Both the position numbers and the translations under genes were made by a program. A model generated the notes under the pieces. It searched no databases, was not told where the DNA came from, and was given only the letters and a program-made list of their open reading frames with translations. Positions 51,769 to 61,473 of a DNA stretch of 64,000 nt are shown here, in pieces. Where the stretch lies: NCBI GenBank assembly GCA_963713865.1, contig OY970208.1, forward strand, positions 2,240,001 to 2,304,000. Direction: 5' to 3'. Origin of the DNA: an uncultured candidate division Zixibacteria bacterium. Its GTDB lineage: Bacteria; Zixibacteria; MSB-5A5; RBG-16-43-9. Numbering within the stretch: the stretch's first letter is position 1; every line of letters begins with the position of its first letter.

Positions 51769-52039
51769 TCCCGTGCACCCACCTTCGATCCCTCCTCTGA
51801 GGAGGTTACCAGACAGTCAGGCTCCAGCCAGGCATCCCTGCGGCACACTCCAGTATTCACTTACCGCTGCTACCTTCCGGTCCTGACGGGTTTGGGTGAG
51901 CTCAAGTTGCGCAGGACCTGACCTTCATCGTCTTTTACCTTTCCCCTCTCCCGGAGTAGAAAACCTCAGGTGGGGATTCGATCCCGGTATAGCGGATTCC
52001 GGGCAACAGGGCACCGCTAACTCCCCATCTAGCACGGGA
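51769..52039 (-). ncRNA. ffs: Large (Alu-domain, Bacillus-type) SRP RNA
   Basis: Helix 8 CCGTCAGGACCGGAAGGTAGCAGCGG; 5' CCGTGCTAGATGGGGAGTTAGCGGTGCCCTG Alu-like start pairing with 3' GCACGG; ~270 nt; upstream of dnaX. Confidence 0.9.
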
Positions 52040-52139
52040 AAAGGAGACTTAATTCGCTTAAGGCGAATTAAATCTCCTGGTTTAATGGTTGATGGTTCAC
52101 GGTTCATATGAAAAAGCTCTGTCGAGATAAACACTAAAA

Positions 52140-52496
52140 TTACTTTCTTTCCCATCCTATAAATTCCCAGGATTTTTCCCTTACGGACTTCAATTCACAT
52201 TTACCAGATTGGTCAACTTTGTATGACATGACTACATTAACCTTGTATTTAGAACCTGTCTGGGAATCTATTACTATTAAGTTAACATCAAAATCTAGAT
52301 AATCATCCATCGTCTGTTGATCATTGATCTTAACCTCCAAAATATCAGATAAAGAATCAAACCTCCAGCCCATCTGAGAATCCTCAATTTTTCTTCCCAC
52401 TAAGTTCTTTCTGATTTGATTGACAGTCTGAGCAGATGAGCATTCTAACAATAACAAAAGCGAGATTACAATAAACTTGACTATTTTTACCCTCAT
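52140..52496 (-). CDS. Hypothetical exported protein or lipoprotein
   Basis: MRVKIVKFIVISLLLLLECSS signal-like N-terminus. The longer ORF-track start runs through a REP. Confidence 0.6.
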   Translation of the reverse strand: MRVKIVKFIVISLLLLLECSSAQTVNQIRKNLVGRKIEDSQMGWRFDSLSDILEVKINDQQTMDDYLDFDVNLIVIDSQTGSKYKVNVVMSYKVDQSGKCELKSVREKSWEFIGWERK

Positions 52497-52591
52497 TTTC
52501 AGAACTTCTTGGATTACTGGCGGGTGGAGACAAGCTCCACCCCTACGCGAATTTAATCTGACCACTGAACACTATTCACTGACCACTATAA

Positions 52592-52664
52592 TGGAGCAGA
52601 GCGGGATCGAACCGCCGACCTCCTCGTTGCGAACGAGACGCTCTCCCAGCTGAGCTACTGCCCC
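52592..52664 (-). tRNA. tRNA-Ala(CGC), CCA not encoded
   Basis: Cloverleaf GGGGCAG..TCTCG TT CGC AA CGAGG..GGTTCGATCCC..CTGCTCC A with the G3:U70 Ala identity pair. Confidence 0.95.
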
Positions 52665-52784
52665 AAGCAAGGCTGGTTTATAGTTCATAGTTAATAATTC
52701 ATAGAGCAAAAAAACATACGAACGAAATATCATTTAATCTGCAGAAAAAATCAAGAAGATTTTATTTTTATTTCTTTTGTTACA

Positions 52785-52813
52785 GTAGGGGCGGGTTTCA
52801 AACCCGCCCCTAC
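52785..52813. repeat. GTAG REP palindrome
   Basis: GTAGGGGCGGGTTTCAAACCCGCCCCTAC, a compensatory variant of 44816-44844. Confidence 0.88.
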
Positions 52814-52912
52814 AAAAATTCGGTTTTCAATTGTGCCCTCATCAATGAAGAAAAAGTCGTCTTAAAAATAACCAGCAGTTAAGAATTGAAGATGGAAAGC
52901 TTTCCGCTACCT

Positions 52913-53983
52913 CTAAGGAATTATCTTAACTTTACCTGGCTGGTTTTCTTTCCCTTCTACTAAAATCTTCACCTGAAGAAATTGCTGCGTCACCCAGATG
53001 TTAGTTAAAAGATGCCGGCTTATCCTGGAGACTGAAAAATTTGATTCATCTTGAGCTAAAGCTAAAAAGGGAATCAACTGGTCAGCTAAATGCTCCTCAA
53101 TTGCACCAGAAGTATTCATAAAATCCAGAAAAGCTCTACAGGCTTCATCTGAAACCTGTTCAGCTCTTTTACCTAAAGCGCCTAAGGAGCTGAAGCCAGC
53201 AAATGAATTCTCAAAAGAAGCCAGGAGAAAAAAGAAAGTCCCCTTACCGATGGAGGAAGCATCCAAGATTTCCGTCTCCAGATTAAAATTATTATCTTTT
53301 CCTAAGGATCCCCGATTTTGGGTCTTGACGACAAATTGTGATAAAATTTTCTCTGCCTCTTGTTTTTGTCTTTGAGCTATGGGAATAGGGAGATTTAAGA
53401 CCACAGATAAACCTGAAACCTTTAACAGTTTTCCTCTTTCGATTAAATTTAGCGGTTTTATCTTTTCAACTGGTCTTATCTGACAAATTACTTCCCCTCC
53501 CCCTTTTGGATACCATCCCCATCTTTTTATCTCCATACTCAGATTCAGTCCTAAACTATTGAGTATTGGAAAAAGAACTTTCTGAAAGTAGGTAACCGGG
53601 GGACTAAACGGAACATGAGTCCCGCCTTTCAATCTGAGTTCAGATGGAGCGTCGGCTAAGCTCAAAGGTATAATAATAGATTGTAAAACCAGACAGACTG
53701 AACCAGCAGTCCCCACGTCAAAAAAAAGATTCCCACCTTTGATCTTTTTGGGGCAAAATTTTAAAATCTGAGATTGAAGTTTATCTCCTTCTATCTCAGC
53801 CTCAGAAATAGCTTGGGCAGCTTTGACACAGGTTAAATGCTGAGCCTGCAGTCCTGGTACTTTTCTGCCCTTGCGGATATTATAGATTTCAATATCTTTT
53901 TGAAGAACACAGGAGAGAGCTAAAGCAGTTCTCAAAATCTGCCCACCACCCTCACCATAATTTCCATCAATCCGTATACTCAT
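52913..53983 (-). CDS. rtcA: RNA 3'-terminal phosphate cyclase
   Basis: GEGGGQILR, GL.AQH, GGTHV, GWYPKGGG, HLADQL and HLLTN motifs. Confidence 0.95.
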   Translation of the reverse strand: MSIRIDGNYGEGGGQILRTALALSCVLQKDIEIYNIRKGRKVPGLQAQHLTCVKAAQAISEAEIEGDKLQSQILKFCPKKIKGGNLFFDVGTAGSVCLVLQSIIIPLSLADAPSELRLKGGTHVPFSPPVTYFQKVLFPILNSLGLNLSMEIKRWGWYPKGGGEVICQIRPVEKIKPLNLIERGKLLKVSGLSVVLNLPIPIAQRQKQEAEKILSQFVVKTQNRGSLGKDNNFNLETEILDASSIGKGTFFFLLASFENSFAGFSSLGALGKRAEQVSDEACRAFLDFMNTSGAIEEHLADQLIPFLALAQDESNFSVSRISRHLLTNIWVTQQFLQVKILVEGKENQPGKVKIIP

Positions 53984-53995
53984 AGGATCGTAAAT

Positions 53996-54257
53996 GTCAT
54001 TCTGATCCCCGCCCTCGGCGGGGGAAGAATCTCAGTATCCGCAGGCTTTAGTTTGCGATAAGATACTTATGGAGTGCGACTGATACAGTATCCATCTGGA
54101 GATACTCCGTAATTCCCTCCCTTGATGGGAGGGATAAAGGGAGGGTGATATTTTCCCCTTGTTCCCCTCTCCCTAACCCTCTCCCGCAAGGGGAGAGGAA
54201 GTAGCGTTGCCACTACAGTGGCAACGAGGAACGTCCTCACGAGAATAAGGACGCTAC
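53996..54257. repeat. Mosaic cluster of palindromic repeats downstream of kinase pair 2
   Basis: GTCATTCTGA..GAAGAATCT, GTATCCGCAGGCTTTAGTTTGCG, a CCCTCCC/CCCTCTCC element, and GTAG hairpins at 54202-54225 and 54232-54257. Confidence 0.8.
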
Positions 54258-56851
54258 AGTTTTCCTTTTATCAATTCCTCAAACGCTGGATAACCAGCTA
54301 AATTCTTGTACCATGGGTGTAGTTTTATGTAAGCTGGAGTTAAAAAATTGTTTTTAACTAAGAAATCCAGCATACGCACTGCCTCTTCTTTTTGTCCTAT
54401 GAGGGAATAAACAAAGCTGAGGGAGGATACGTCCCCAGACCAAAGCACAGTTAAAAGGGAGGTCCCTAAACTTTTCCTTACCCTTTCTGCTTGCTCCACC
54501 GCTTTTCTGGATTCTCCCTTCAATACATAGACCAAGGCTATTCTTATACGATACCCATATTCATTGGGCATGCCTTCAAATTCTTTGATTAAAGGTCGAT
54601 TGAACTGAATGCAGGAATCAAGATATATTTCCGCCTGCTTCTTGTTTCCTTTCATAAGCTCTAAGTAACTCAATTCCACAAACCAGTCCTCACCTGGATT
54701 TTGTTTGCGGTATTCATCTAAATAATAAAATGCGCTGTCGGCCTCTCCAGACATCCAAAAAATATAACTCAAGTTGGATAGAGGAAAAGTATATTGGGGA
54801 TTAACATTCAGAGACTTATGAGCCATTCTTTTTGCTTGCTCCAACTCACCTCGTGACAAGTAGTAATAACTCATGTTATCATATATAAGCGGATTGCTAG
54901 GTTGAAGCTCTAATCCTTTGTTAAAATATTCCTCTACCTTCTCTTTTTTCCCCCAGACTCTGTAAAGTCCTATAAACTCACTAAATAAAGAGGGTTCAGT
55001 AGGCTTCACATCTAAAGCTTTCATTAAGGAACTCTCAGCTTTTGGATATTGACCAGTATAAGTGTACCACCCTCCCAAAAGCCTCCAGGCTTCTCCATAA
55101 TTGGGATTGGCTTTGACTGCTTCTTCAGCCTCTTGTATGGCTTTTTCGGTTTTCCCCTCTACCCAGTATAGCCTGGAAAGGGAACGATGAGCCTCGGCTA
55201 AGTTAGGGTCGATAGTTAATGCTTTAAGTCCAGCTTTTTCAGCTTTTTCGAGCCAGGATTTCTTGGGGTCAATATAGAACATCACATAACTGGAATAACA
55301 GTCCGATAACCCTGCATAGGCTAAAGCAAAATTGGAATCAGCTTCCAAAGCCTTCTCAAACATCCTGGTCGATAGTTCCAAGCCTTCTTTGGTCGAACTT
55401 CCTCCTCCGAAATAATATTCCCGTCCCTGTAGGTAGTAGTTGTAAGCCTGCACATTCTGCGTGGGTTTGTTTTCAATCCTTTCTACTTCAGCTGGAGCAA
55501 GGGCAACCTTCAGTGCCTGAGCCACTGCCTTGGCTACATCTGCCTGAATGGCAAATAAATCCTCCATCTGCCTATCATAACTTTCTGCCCAAACGTGGAA
55601 GCCATCACTTGCCTTAATCAACTGGCAGGCAATCCTAATTTTGTCCCCATATTTGCGGACAGATCCTTCCATTACGTAGTTAACCTTTAACTTGTCAGCT
55701 ACCTCTCTAAGCTTGACCGTCTTACCCTTGAACTCCTCAACATCACTTCTGGAAAGTACTCGCAAGCCCCTGATTTTGGATAGCTGGGTGATAATATCTT
55801 CGGTCATACCAGCGGCAAAATATTCATCCTCTTTGTTTTCAGAGAGATTTTGAAGATACAAGACTGCTATAGAAGGTTTGCCAGAAACAGTAGTCGGCTC
55901 TTTATGTTTCAAAAACGCAAAGTAAACTATTATCAGAATCAAAATCGCCAGCACCCCTACCAACAATGGAACAGTCTTCTTTTTAACTAACTTCGAAACC
56001 TCGGCTGGCTGAGTCGTCACGGCAGTTTTAACATACTCCAAACTCTTTTTCTCTCTTCTTAAATCTGCCAGAAGATCATCTATATGCTGATACCTCTCAT
56101 CTTTTTCTTTTGCCAAAGCTTTGGATACTATATCCTCTAACTTCACTGAAACCTGGTTGTTATATCTGGCTATTGGCTGTGGCTCTTCGTTGATTATCGA
56201 GTAAACAATTGCTGCTTGATGTTCTCCACTAAAGGGAAGTTTCCCGGTTAAAAGCTCATATAAGACAACTCCAAAAGAGAAAATATCACTTCTCTGGTCT
56301 ACCTCTTCGCTTTGAGCTTGTTCAGGGGACATATAGGCTAAAGTTCCTAAGGTCGAGCGCGTTTTAGTTAGTTTAGTTGCTCCTTTCAGTTTTGCCAGAC
56401 CAAAATCCATTATCTTCACTTGACTCCGGGGAGTAAGCATTATATTATCCGATTTGATATCCCGGTGCACTATCCCCTTCTCATGAGCGACGGTCAACCC
56501 CTCGCACACCTGTATCCCGATATCTAAAATCTTCTTTACAGAAAGTGTTTCTTTCTCAATAATTTGCTTCAGAGTTTTTCCCTCAACATATTCCATAGCA
56601 ATGAATAATCCCTCAGGACTTTCCTCTATCCCATAAATAGTAGTGACATTAGGATGGTTCAGAGCTGAGGCTGATTGCGCCTCGTGGATAAAGCGAGCTT
56701 TTTCTTCGGAGCTGTCAGAAATATGGGGAGGTAAAAACTTCAAAGCTACCAGACGTTGAAGTTGGATATCCTGGGCTTTATAGACCACACCCATTCCACC
56801 CTCCCCTAATTTCTCCAAAATCTTATAATGAGAGATTGTCTTACCAATCAT
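54254..56851 (-). CDS. Single-TM Ser/Thr kinase with TolB_N-like and TPR domains
   Basis: Kinase motifs and TM helix VPLLVGVLAILILIIVYFAFL; close paralogue of 17449-19932. Start at MIGKT behind the SD GAGGTG. Confidence 0.93.
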   Translation of the reverse strand: MIGKTISHYKILEKLGEGGMGVVYKAQDIQLQRLVALKFLPPHISDSSEEKARFIHEAQSASALNHPNVTTIYGIEESPEGLFIAMEYVEGKTLKQIIEKETLSVKKILDIGIQVCEGLTVAHEKGIVHRDIKSDNIMLTPRSQVKIMDFGLAKLKGATKLTKTRSTLGTLAYMSPEQAQSEEVDQRSDIFSFGVVLYELLTGKLPFSGEHQAAIVYSIINEEPQPIARYNNQVSVKLEDIVSKALAKEKDERYQHIDDLLADLRREKKSLEYVKTAVTTQPAEVSKLVKKKTVPLLVGVLAILILIIVYFAFLKHKEPTTVSGKPSIAVLYLQNLSENKEDEYFAAGMTEDIITQLSKIRGLRVLSRSDVEEFKGKTVKLREVADKLKVNYVMEGSVRKYGDKIRIACQLIKASDGFHVWAESYDRQMEDLFAIQADVAKAVAQALKVALAPAEVERIENKPTQNVQAYNYYLQGREYYFGGGSSTKEGLELSTRMFEKALEADSNFALAYAGLSDCYSSYVMFYIDPKKSWLEKAEKAGLKALTIDPNLAEAHRSLSRLYWVEGKTEKAIQEAEEAVKANPNYGEAWRLLGGWYTYTGQYPKAESSLMKALDVKPTEPSLFSEFIGLYRVWGKKEKVEEYFNKGLELQPSNPLIYDNMSYYYLSRGELEQAKRMAHKSLNVNPQYTFPLSNLSYIFWMSGEADSAFYYLDEYRKQNPGEDWFVELSYLELMKGNKKQAEIYLDSCIQFNRPLIKEFEGMPNEYGYRIRIALVYVLKGESRKAVEQAERVRKSLGTSLLTVLWSGDVSSLSFVYSLIGQKEEAVRMLDFLVKNNFLTPAYIKLHPWYKNLAGYPAFEELIKGKL

Positions 56852-56853
56852 CT

Positions 56854-59083
56854 TCACACCTCAGAATGTTCCCATTCGTATTTCACGCGTTCCATTAGCT
56901 TCTTGAAACGCTCCTCGCCACGGAGGTTATCGAGATACTGATTTCGCTCAAGCTCCGGGTAATTGATAAAGCCCTTATTGACTGCGTTCTCCAGCCAATC
57001 CAGAGATTCCTCTCTGGCATCACTTAGAGCGAGCATGATTGCAACAAAACATGACCATTGATGATCCCTTCTGCATGTTTTCTGGAAATCCGGGGTCATT
57101 TCCTGGAGGGCTTTTTCTCTATCCTTCAGCAATCCGTATTTCAATAGGAGAGCGAACTTAGTGCACACATTATCAGGAGTCGCTTTTGCACTCTGATCAA
57201 TAATCGAAAACGCTTTGTCGAACTGCTTGATGTATGCCAGATTCCAGAACATAAAAGAATTGAGCAATGGGACTCTCAGGGTCTGATTGATACCATTGGC
57301 GGGTTTGCTCAAGTGCAAGTTCGTATTGACCATCATAGAAATGGAACGTTCCCTGGAGACTACAGTTCCAACTATCCAGGGGATTAACTTGTTTGAATCT
57401 TTGCATGAGCGGAATTGCGGCATGGAGCTTCCCGACTGAGATTATATATAAGATCGGGAGATGCTTCAAAGCATCCGAATCATTCGGATTCACAGCAAGC
57501 GCCATTCTGAATTGGTGTATCCCCTCTCGCACATTTCCGTAAAAAGCCATATTGAGCATTCCGATAACAACATGGGCTTGGGGAGAGTCGGGATCGATGG
57601 CCAGAGCCTTTTGAGCAAATTCCTCTGCTTTTACAATGTAATCCTCTTGGGCAGCTCCGATATTGACATATTGCCAATAAACATAGGCCATACCCGAATA
57701 GAGAAGGGCATTATCGCCGACAATATCAAGGGCGTGCTGAAGATATCGGACGGCACGATCAAGAGCATCTTCCGTAAAACGCCAGATATCCTGGTTGGCT
57801 TTGAGATAGCACTCATAAGCCGCAACATTATCAATAGGTCTCTCGGACATTCTCTGCTGCTCTTCGGATGTGAGCCTTAGCTTAAGGGCATCTACGATTG
57901 CCCGGGAAACTTTCTCCTGAATGTCGAACACATCGTCCAGCGTTCCAGAATACTTCTCAGCCCAAAGGTGTGCATCACTTTCTGCATCAATTAACTGTGC
58001 TGTAATGCGTAGGCTATTGCCTGCTTTTCTAACACTCCCCTCCAGCACATACTGCACGTCAAGCTCTCTGGCTATTTCCGGGATTTTCCTCTTCGTCCCT
58101 TTGAACGTCATAGCAGAACTCCGGGAGATCACGCGGAGAATACGAACGTTCGAGAGATCAGAGATCACTTCCTCGGTCAGACCATCGCTAAAGTATTCCT
58201 GGTCCGGATCAGGGCTCAGGTTCTCGAATGGTAGCACAACGATCGACTTCTCCTGCCGCGGCAACTGTATGCCAGGTGCTTTCACCCTCTTCAACTCAGG
58301 AGTTATCTCCACGATACTCTGGTAACGCTTGGTTCTGTCCTTCTCCAGTGCCCTCTTAATAATTCTCTCAAGCTGCAGAGGTGTATCCGCACGCAGAGAG
58401 ATTACCGACTGCGGTTCCTCGTGCAAAATGGAATAGACCAACGCTTGCTCATACTCACTCTTGAATGGTAACCGATCGGTTATCATCTCGTACATCACAA
58501 CTCCCAAAGACCAGATGTCCGTCCTGGCATCCACTTCTTCTCCTCGGGCTTGCTCTGGAGACATATAAGCAACTGTCCCTAAGGTTGAACCGGTTTTAGT
58601 TATTTTGGACACTCCCCTAAGTTTCGCTAACCCAAAATCCATAATTTTTATCTGCCCGCGAGAAGTAAGCATTATGTTATCCGATTTGATATCCCGGTGA
58701 ACAATCCCCTTCTCATGGGCTATTGTCAAACCTTCACTAATCTGGATGGCTATCTCTAAAACTTCCTTTAAAGATAGAGTTTTTTCTTTCAGAAGCTCCT
58801 TGAGTGATTTGCCTTCAACATATTCCATTGCTATGAAACATTCACCCTCAAATTCATCAATCTCATGAATTGTAGTTATGTTCGGATGATTCAGGGAAGA
58901 GGCGGCTTTGGCTTCATGCTCGAATCGAATTTTAGCTTCATTATCGCACAGAAGATACTTTGGTAGGAACTTTAAAGCCACTGTTCTATCTAACTTAGTG
59001 TCCCGGGCTTTATAGACCACTCCCATTCCGCCTTCACCAAGTTTTTCCAAGATGTTGTAATGAGAAATGGTTCTACCAATCAT
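56854..59083 (-). pseudogene. Ser/Thr kinase-TolB_N-TPR gene with a +1 frameshift near 57240-57260 (real lesion or sequence error)
   Basis: ORFs 57197-59083 and 56854-57423 join if one base is removed. The span is 2230 nt = 743 codons + 1. The C-terminus matches the family ending (LDWLENAV..G..NLRGEERF). Confidence 0.85.
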
Positions 59084-59094
59084 TTTCTAGCTCC

Positions 59095-59221
59095 GGTAGC
59101 CGCAGACTTTAATCTGCGCTCTTTTTTTACCCTTCCCTGCAGTGAAGGAATTGGGTGAGGTCAATTTCAGCTTTACGATATTACCCATCTTACCCCTTCG
59201 CAAGCTAAAGCTTGCGGCTAC
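59095..59221. repeat. REP doublet (REPIN-like) immediately upstream of kinase pair 2
   Basis: GTAGCCGCAGACTTTAATCTGCG ... CGCAAGCTAAAGCTTGCGGCTAC in inverted orientation. Confidence 0.85.
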
Positions 59222-59271
59222 TTTGTAAGACTATGCCCTTAATAAATTGAGAAGTTATTTGATTGTCAACT

Positions 59272-59299
59272 AAAAAAGGCAGGGCAATTGCCTTGCCTT
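59272..59299 (-). terminator. Intrinsic terminator after the yhaN-like gene
   Basis: AAGGCAAGGCA/TGCCCTGCCTT stem followed by a T run on the minus strand. Confidence 0.7.
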
Positions 59300-59349
59300 A
59301 GCTTCGAGAGTTCCTGCCCCTCTTAGAAATTAACTTCACTCAGGTTAAA

Positions 59350-61458
59350 CTACTTCGGAAGCTCGATCAGTTTATCTTCATAACCATCGTAGAAATCGTG
59401 ACAGGTCAAAAGTAAAATCTGATATTTTTTGGAAAGCGATTTTAAAAGCTTTAAAGCATTTTTCCTTCTATGCTTATCGAAAGTAACAAACGGGTCATCC
59501 ATAATCACCACCGGCTTTTTATTTTCCGAGATCAGGTTCAGCAAGGCTATCCTGCAGGCAAGGTAAATCTGGTCTAATGTTCCCCGGGAAAGATACTTTT
59601 GCGGGTCAACCCAGTCATTCAGTTCATTTGAAAAGACCTCAAATTTGAAACTATTCTTATCAAACCTGACCTGATTATATTTTCCATTAGTTATATCCTT
59701 TAAGAGTTTGGAAGTTTCCTCCTCCAGAGTTCCGGTAGAAGAATCTATCACCTTTCTCCTGGCTTCCTCTAAGCTCTCTAAGGTTATTTCATATACCTCT
59801 ATTTTTTTCCTTAGTTCCTCTAAAGTCTTTTGAGTTTGCTCTAATCTTTCCTCCAGGCTTGCCTCTAACTCAGCCCCGGACTCTGCCATCTCTAACTCTT
59901 TATTGAGAGTAACAGATTTAAGCTCTAAATTCCTTTTATTCTCCTCTAATTCTTTAACCCCTTTCTGGAAAAGTATAAATTCTTCTCTTTTCAAAAAGTA
60001 TGGCTCTAAATCTTTGGTCTTCTCATCCCATAAAGCTAATTCTCTGGTTACCTCCTTCAGCTCATTTTCTAACTCCCTGGCGTTTTTTCCACCTAACCAG
60101 CCTTCATATCTGGAGAGCTCGTTTTTTATCTCACGGTCTATATCCCGGTAATGTTCATAGTTTTCCCTCAATATCTGGGAGGAGATCAGATCATATTTTT
60201 TCAAAACTCCCTTCAAGGAGTGAGTTAACTCGTAGGTATCTTTTTCCAATTCCTGGAAACGAGCTGTTTTCTGTTCCAACTGTTGAGCGTAGAAGTTTCC
60301 TTCACTCTTTTGCACGAGTAATTTGAACCCGGAGATAGAGAACAAAACAAAAGATAGTCCTGCTCCTGCCCAGAAGAACGGTTTGATAGATAATGCTAAC
60401 AGGATTAAAAGTAGAGTTAAACCTAAAGTGGAAAAAGCAAAAATTTTCAAAGTCTGGCTCGGAGTTGAAGCCACAAGCACACTCTTAAGCTCCTCCTCCT
60501 CCCTGACCAGTTCGACCTTCTTGTCTTCTAAGAATTTTAACTTTACTTCTAACTCGTCTACCTTATCTTTATCCTCCCTGTTCACCGCCACATATTTAGA
60601 AGCCTCCTCTCTCAGCTTCCGCACCACCCTTTCTGAATTCTGGGTCTGTTTGATCCGGGTGTTTAAGTCGTGAAATCTTTCTTCTAACTCCCTCTGTTTT
60701 TCCTCCAGGTTAGAAGCCTTTTCAGCTTTTTCTAATAACTCTTTTTTGACCTCTAATTCCCTTTGGACTTTCGCCAGATTAGAAGAAACTTCTGTTAGCT
60801 CACTTTTGCTTTCCCTGATCTTTTTGTTCTGATTCTTAACCTTTTCTAACTCATAAAGGAGCTCTTCTTTATCTATTTCATATTTCTGAATTATCCCCAG
60901 GTTTTTTGTTCCAACCTTTTTTAAGTCTCCTAATTTCTCCTTGAGATGCTCGATAATCGTAGAGGCCTTTACTTTCTCTTCCCCTCCGGTTACCATGCTC
61001 TCTAATTTATCCTTAACCGCCTCTACGCTTGAATCCAGGCGAGACATCTCATCCTGCTGAACGCAGGCGGTGGCTAAAAAAATCTCTTTGGAGGGGATTC
61101 CTATCCTTTGATTTATAATCTCTTCAACCCCTTTCTTGTCCTCCCAGGTCTCTCCGGTTGGCTTCTTGAAGAGCTTAAGGGAGCCACTATCGAAATTTTT
61201 CTCCAGGCTATAAGAATTTCCATCTACCTCAAAATCCAGTTCAGTCTCAAAATCTTTTTGAAAACCCCAGGAGGTTTTCTCTTTCAACTCTTTTTTCTGG
61301 GATTTGGGATCGTCATACAGGGCACAGGTCAAAGCCTCAACCAGTGTAGATTTACCAGCTTCGTTATCCCCTTTGATCAGATTGATCCCGGAGTTGAACC
61401 CCATCTCGAGTTCATCAAACTTGCCATATCTTTTGAGATTTAACTTTTCTATTTTCAT
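59350..61458 (-). CDS. Rad50/SbcC-like ATPase of the YhaN type, with two TM helices in the coiled coil
   Basis: GDNEAGKST, Q-loop, LSRGTLDQ, MDDPF and TCH motifs; central hydrophobic hairpin. Confidence 0.88.
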   Translation of the reverse strand: MKIEKLNLKRYGKFDELEMGFNSGINLIKGDNEAGKSTLVEALTCALYDDPKSQKKELKEKTSWGFQKDFETELDFEVDGNSYSLEKNFDSGSLKLFKKPTGETWEDKKGVEEIINQRIGIPSKEIFLATACVQQDEMSRLDSSVEAVKDKLESMVTGGEEKVKASTIIEHLKEKLGDLKKVGTKNLGIIQKYEIDKEELLYELEKVKNQNKKIRESKSELTEVSSNLAKVQRELEVKKELLEKAEKASNLEEKQRELEERFHDLNTRIKQTQNSERVVRKLREEASKYVAVNREDKDKVDELEVKLKFLEDKKVELVREEEELKSVLVASTPSQTLKIFAFSTLGLTLLLILLALSIKPFFWAGAGLSFVLFSISGFKLLVQKSEGNFYAQQLEQKTARFQELEKDTYELTHSLKGVLKKYDLISSQILRENYEHYRDIDREIKNELSRYEGWLGGKNARELENELKEVTRELALWDEKTKDLEPYFLKREEFILFQKGVKELEENKRNLELKSVTLNKELEMAESGAELEASLEERLEQTQKTLEELRKKIEVYEITLESLEEARRKVIDSSTGTLEEETSKLLKDITNGKYNQVRFDKNSFKFEVFSNELNDWVDPQKYLSRGTLDQIYLACRIALLNLISENKKPVVIMDDPFVTFDKHRRKNALKLLKSLSKKYQILLLTCHDFYDGYEDKLIELPK

Positions 61459-61473
61459 TTTTAAAATCCTTTT

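Noticed and set aside
51896-52155. ORFs 51896-52111 and 51925-52155
   Set aside because: They overlap the SRP RNA gene.
33440-59083. Stop-codon recoding (selenocysteine or alternative genetic code) to explain the split genes
   Set aside because: Both splits are frame changes rather than in-frame stops, and conserved genes translate fully with the standard bacterial code.
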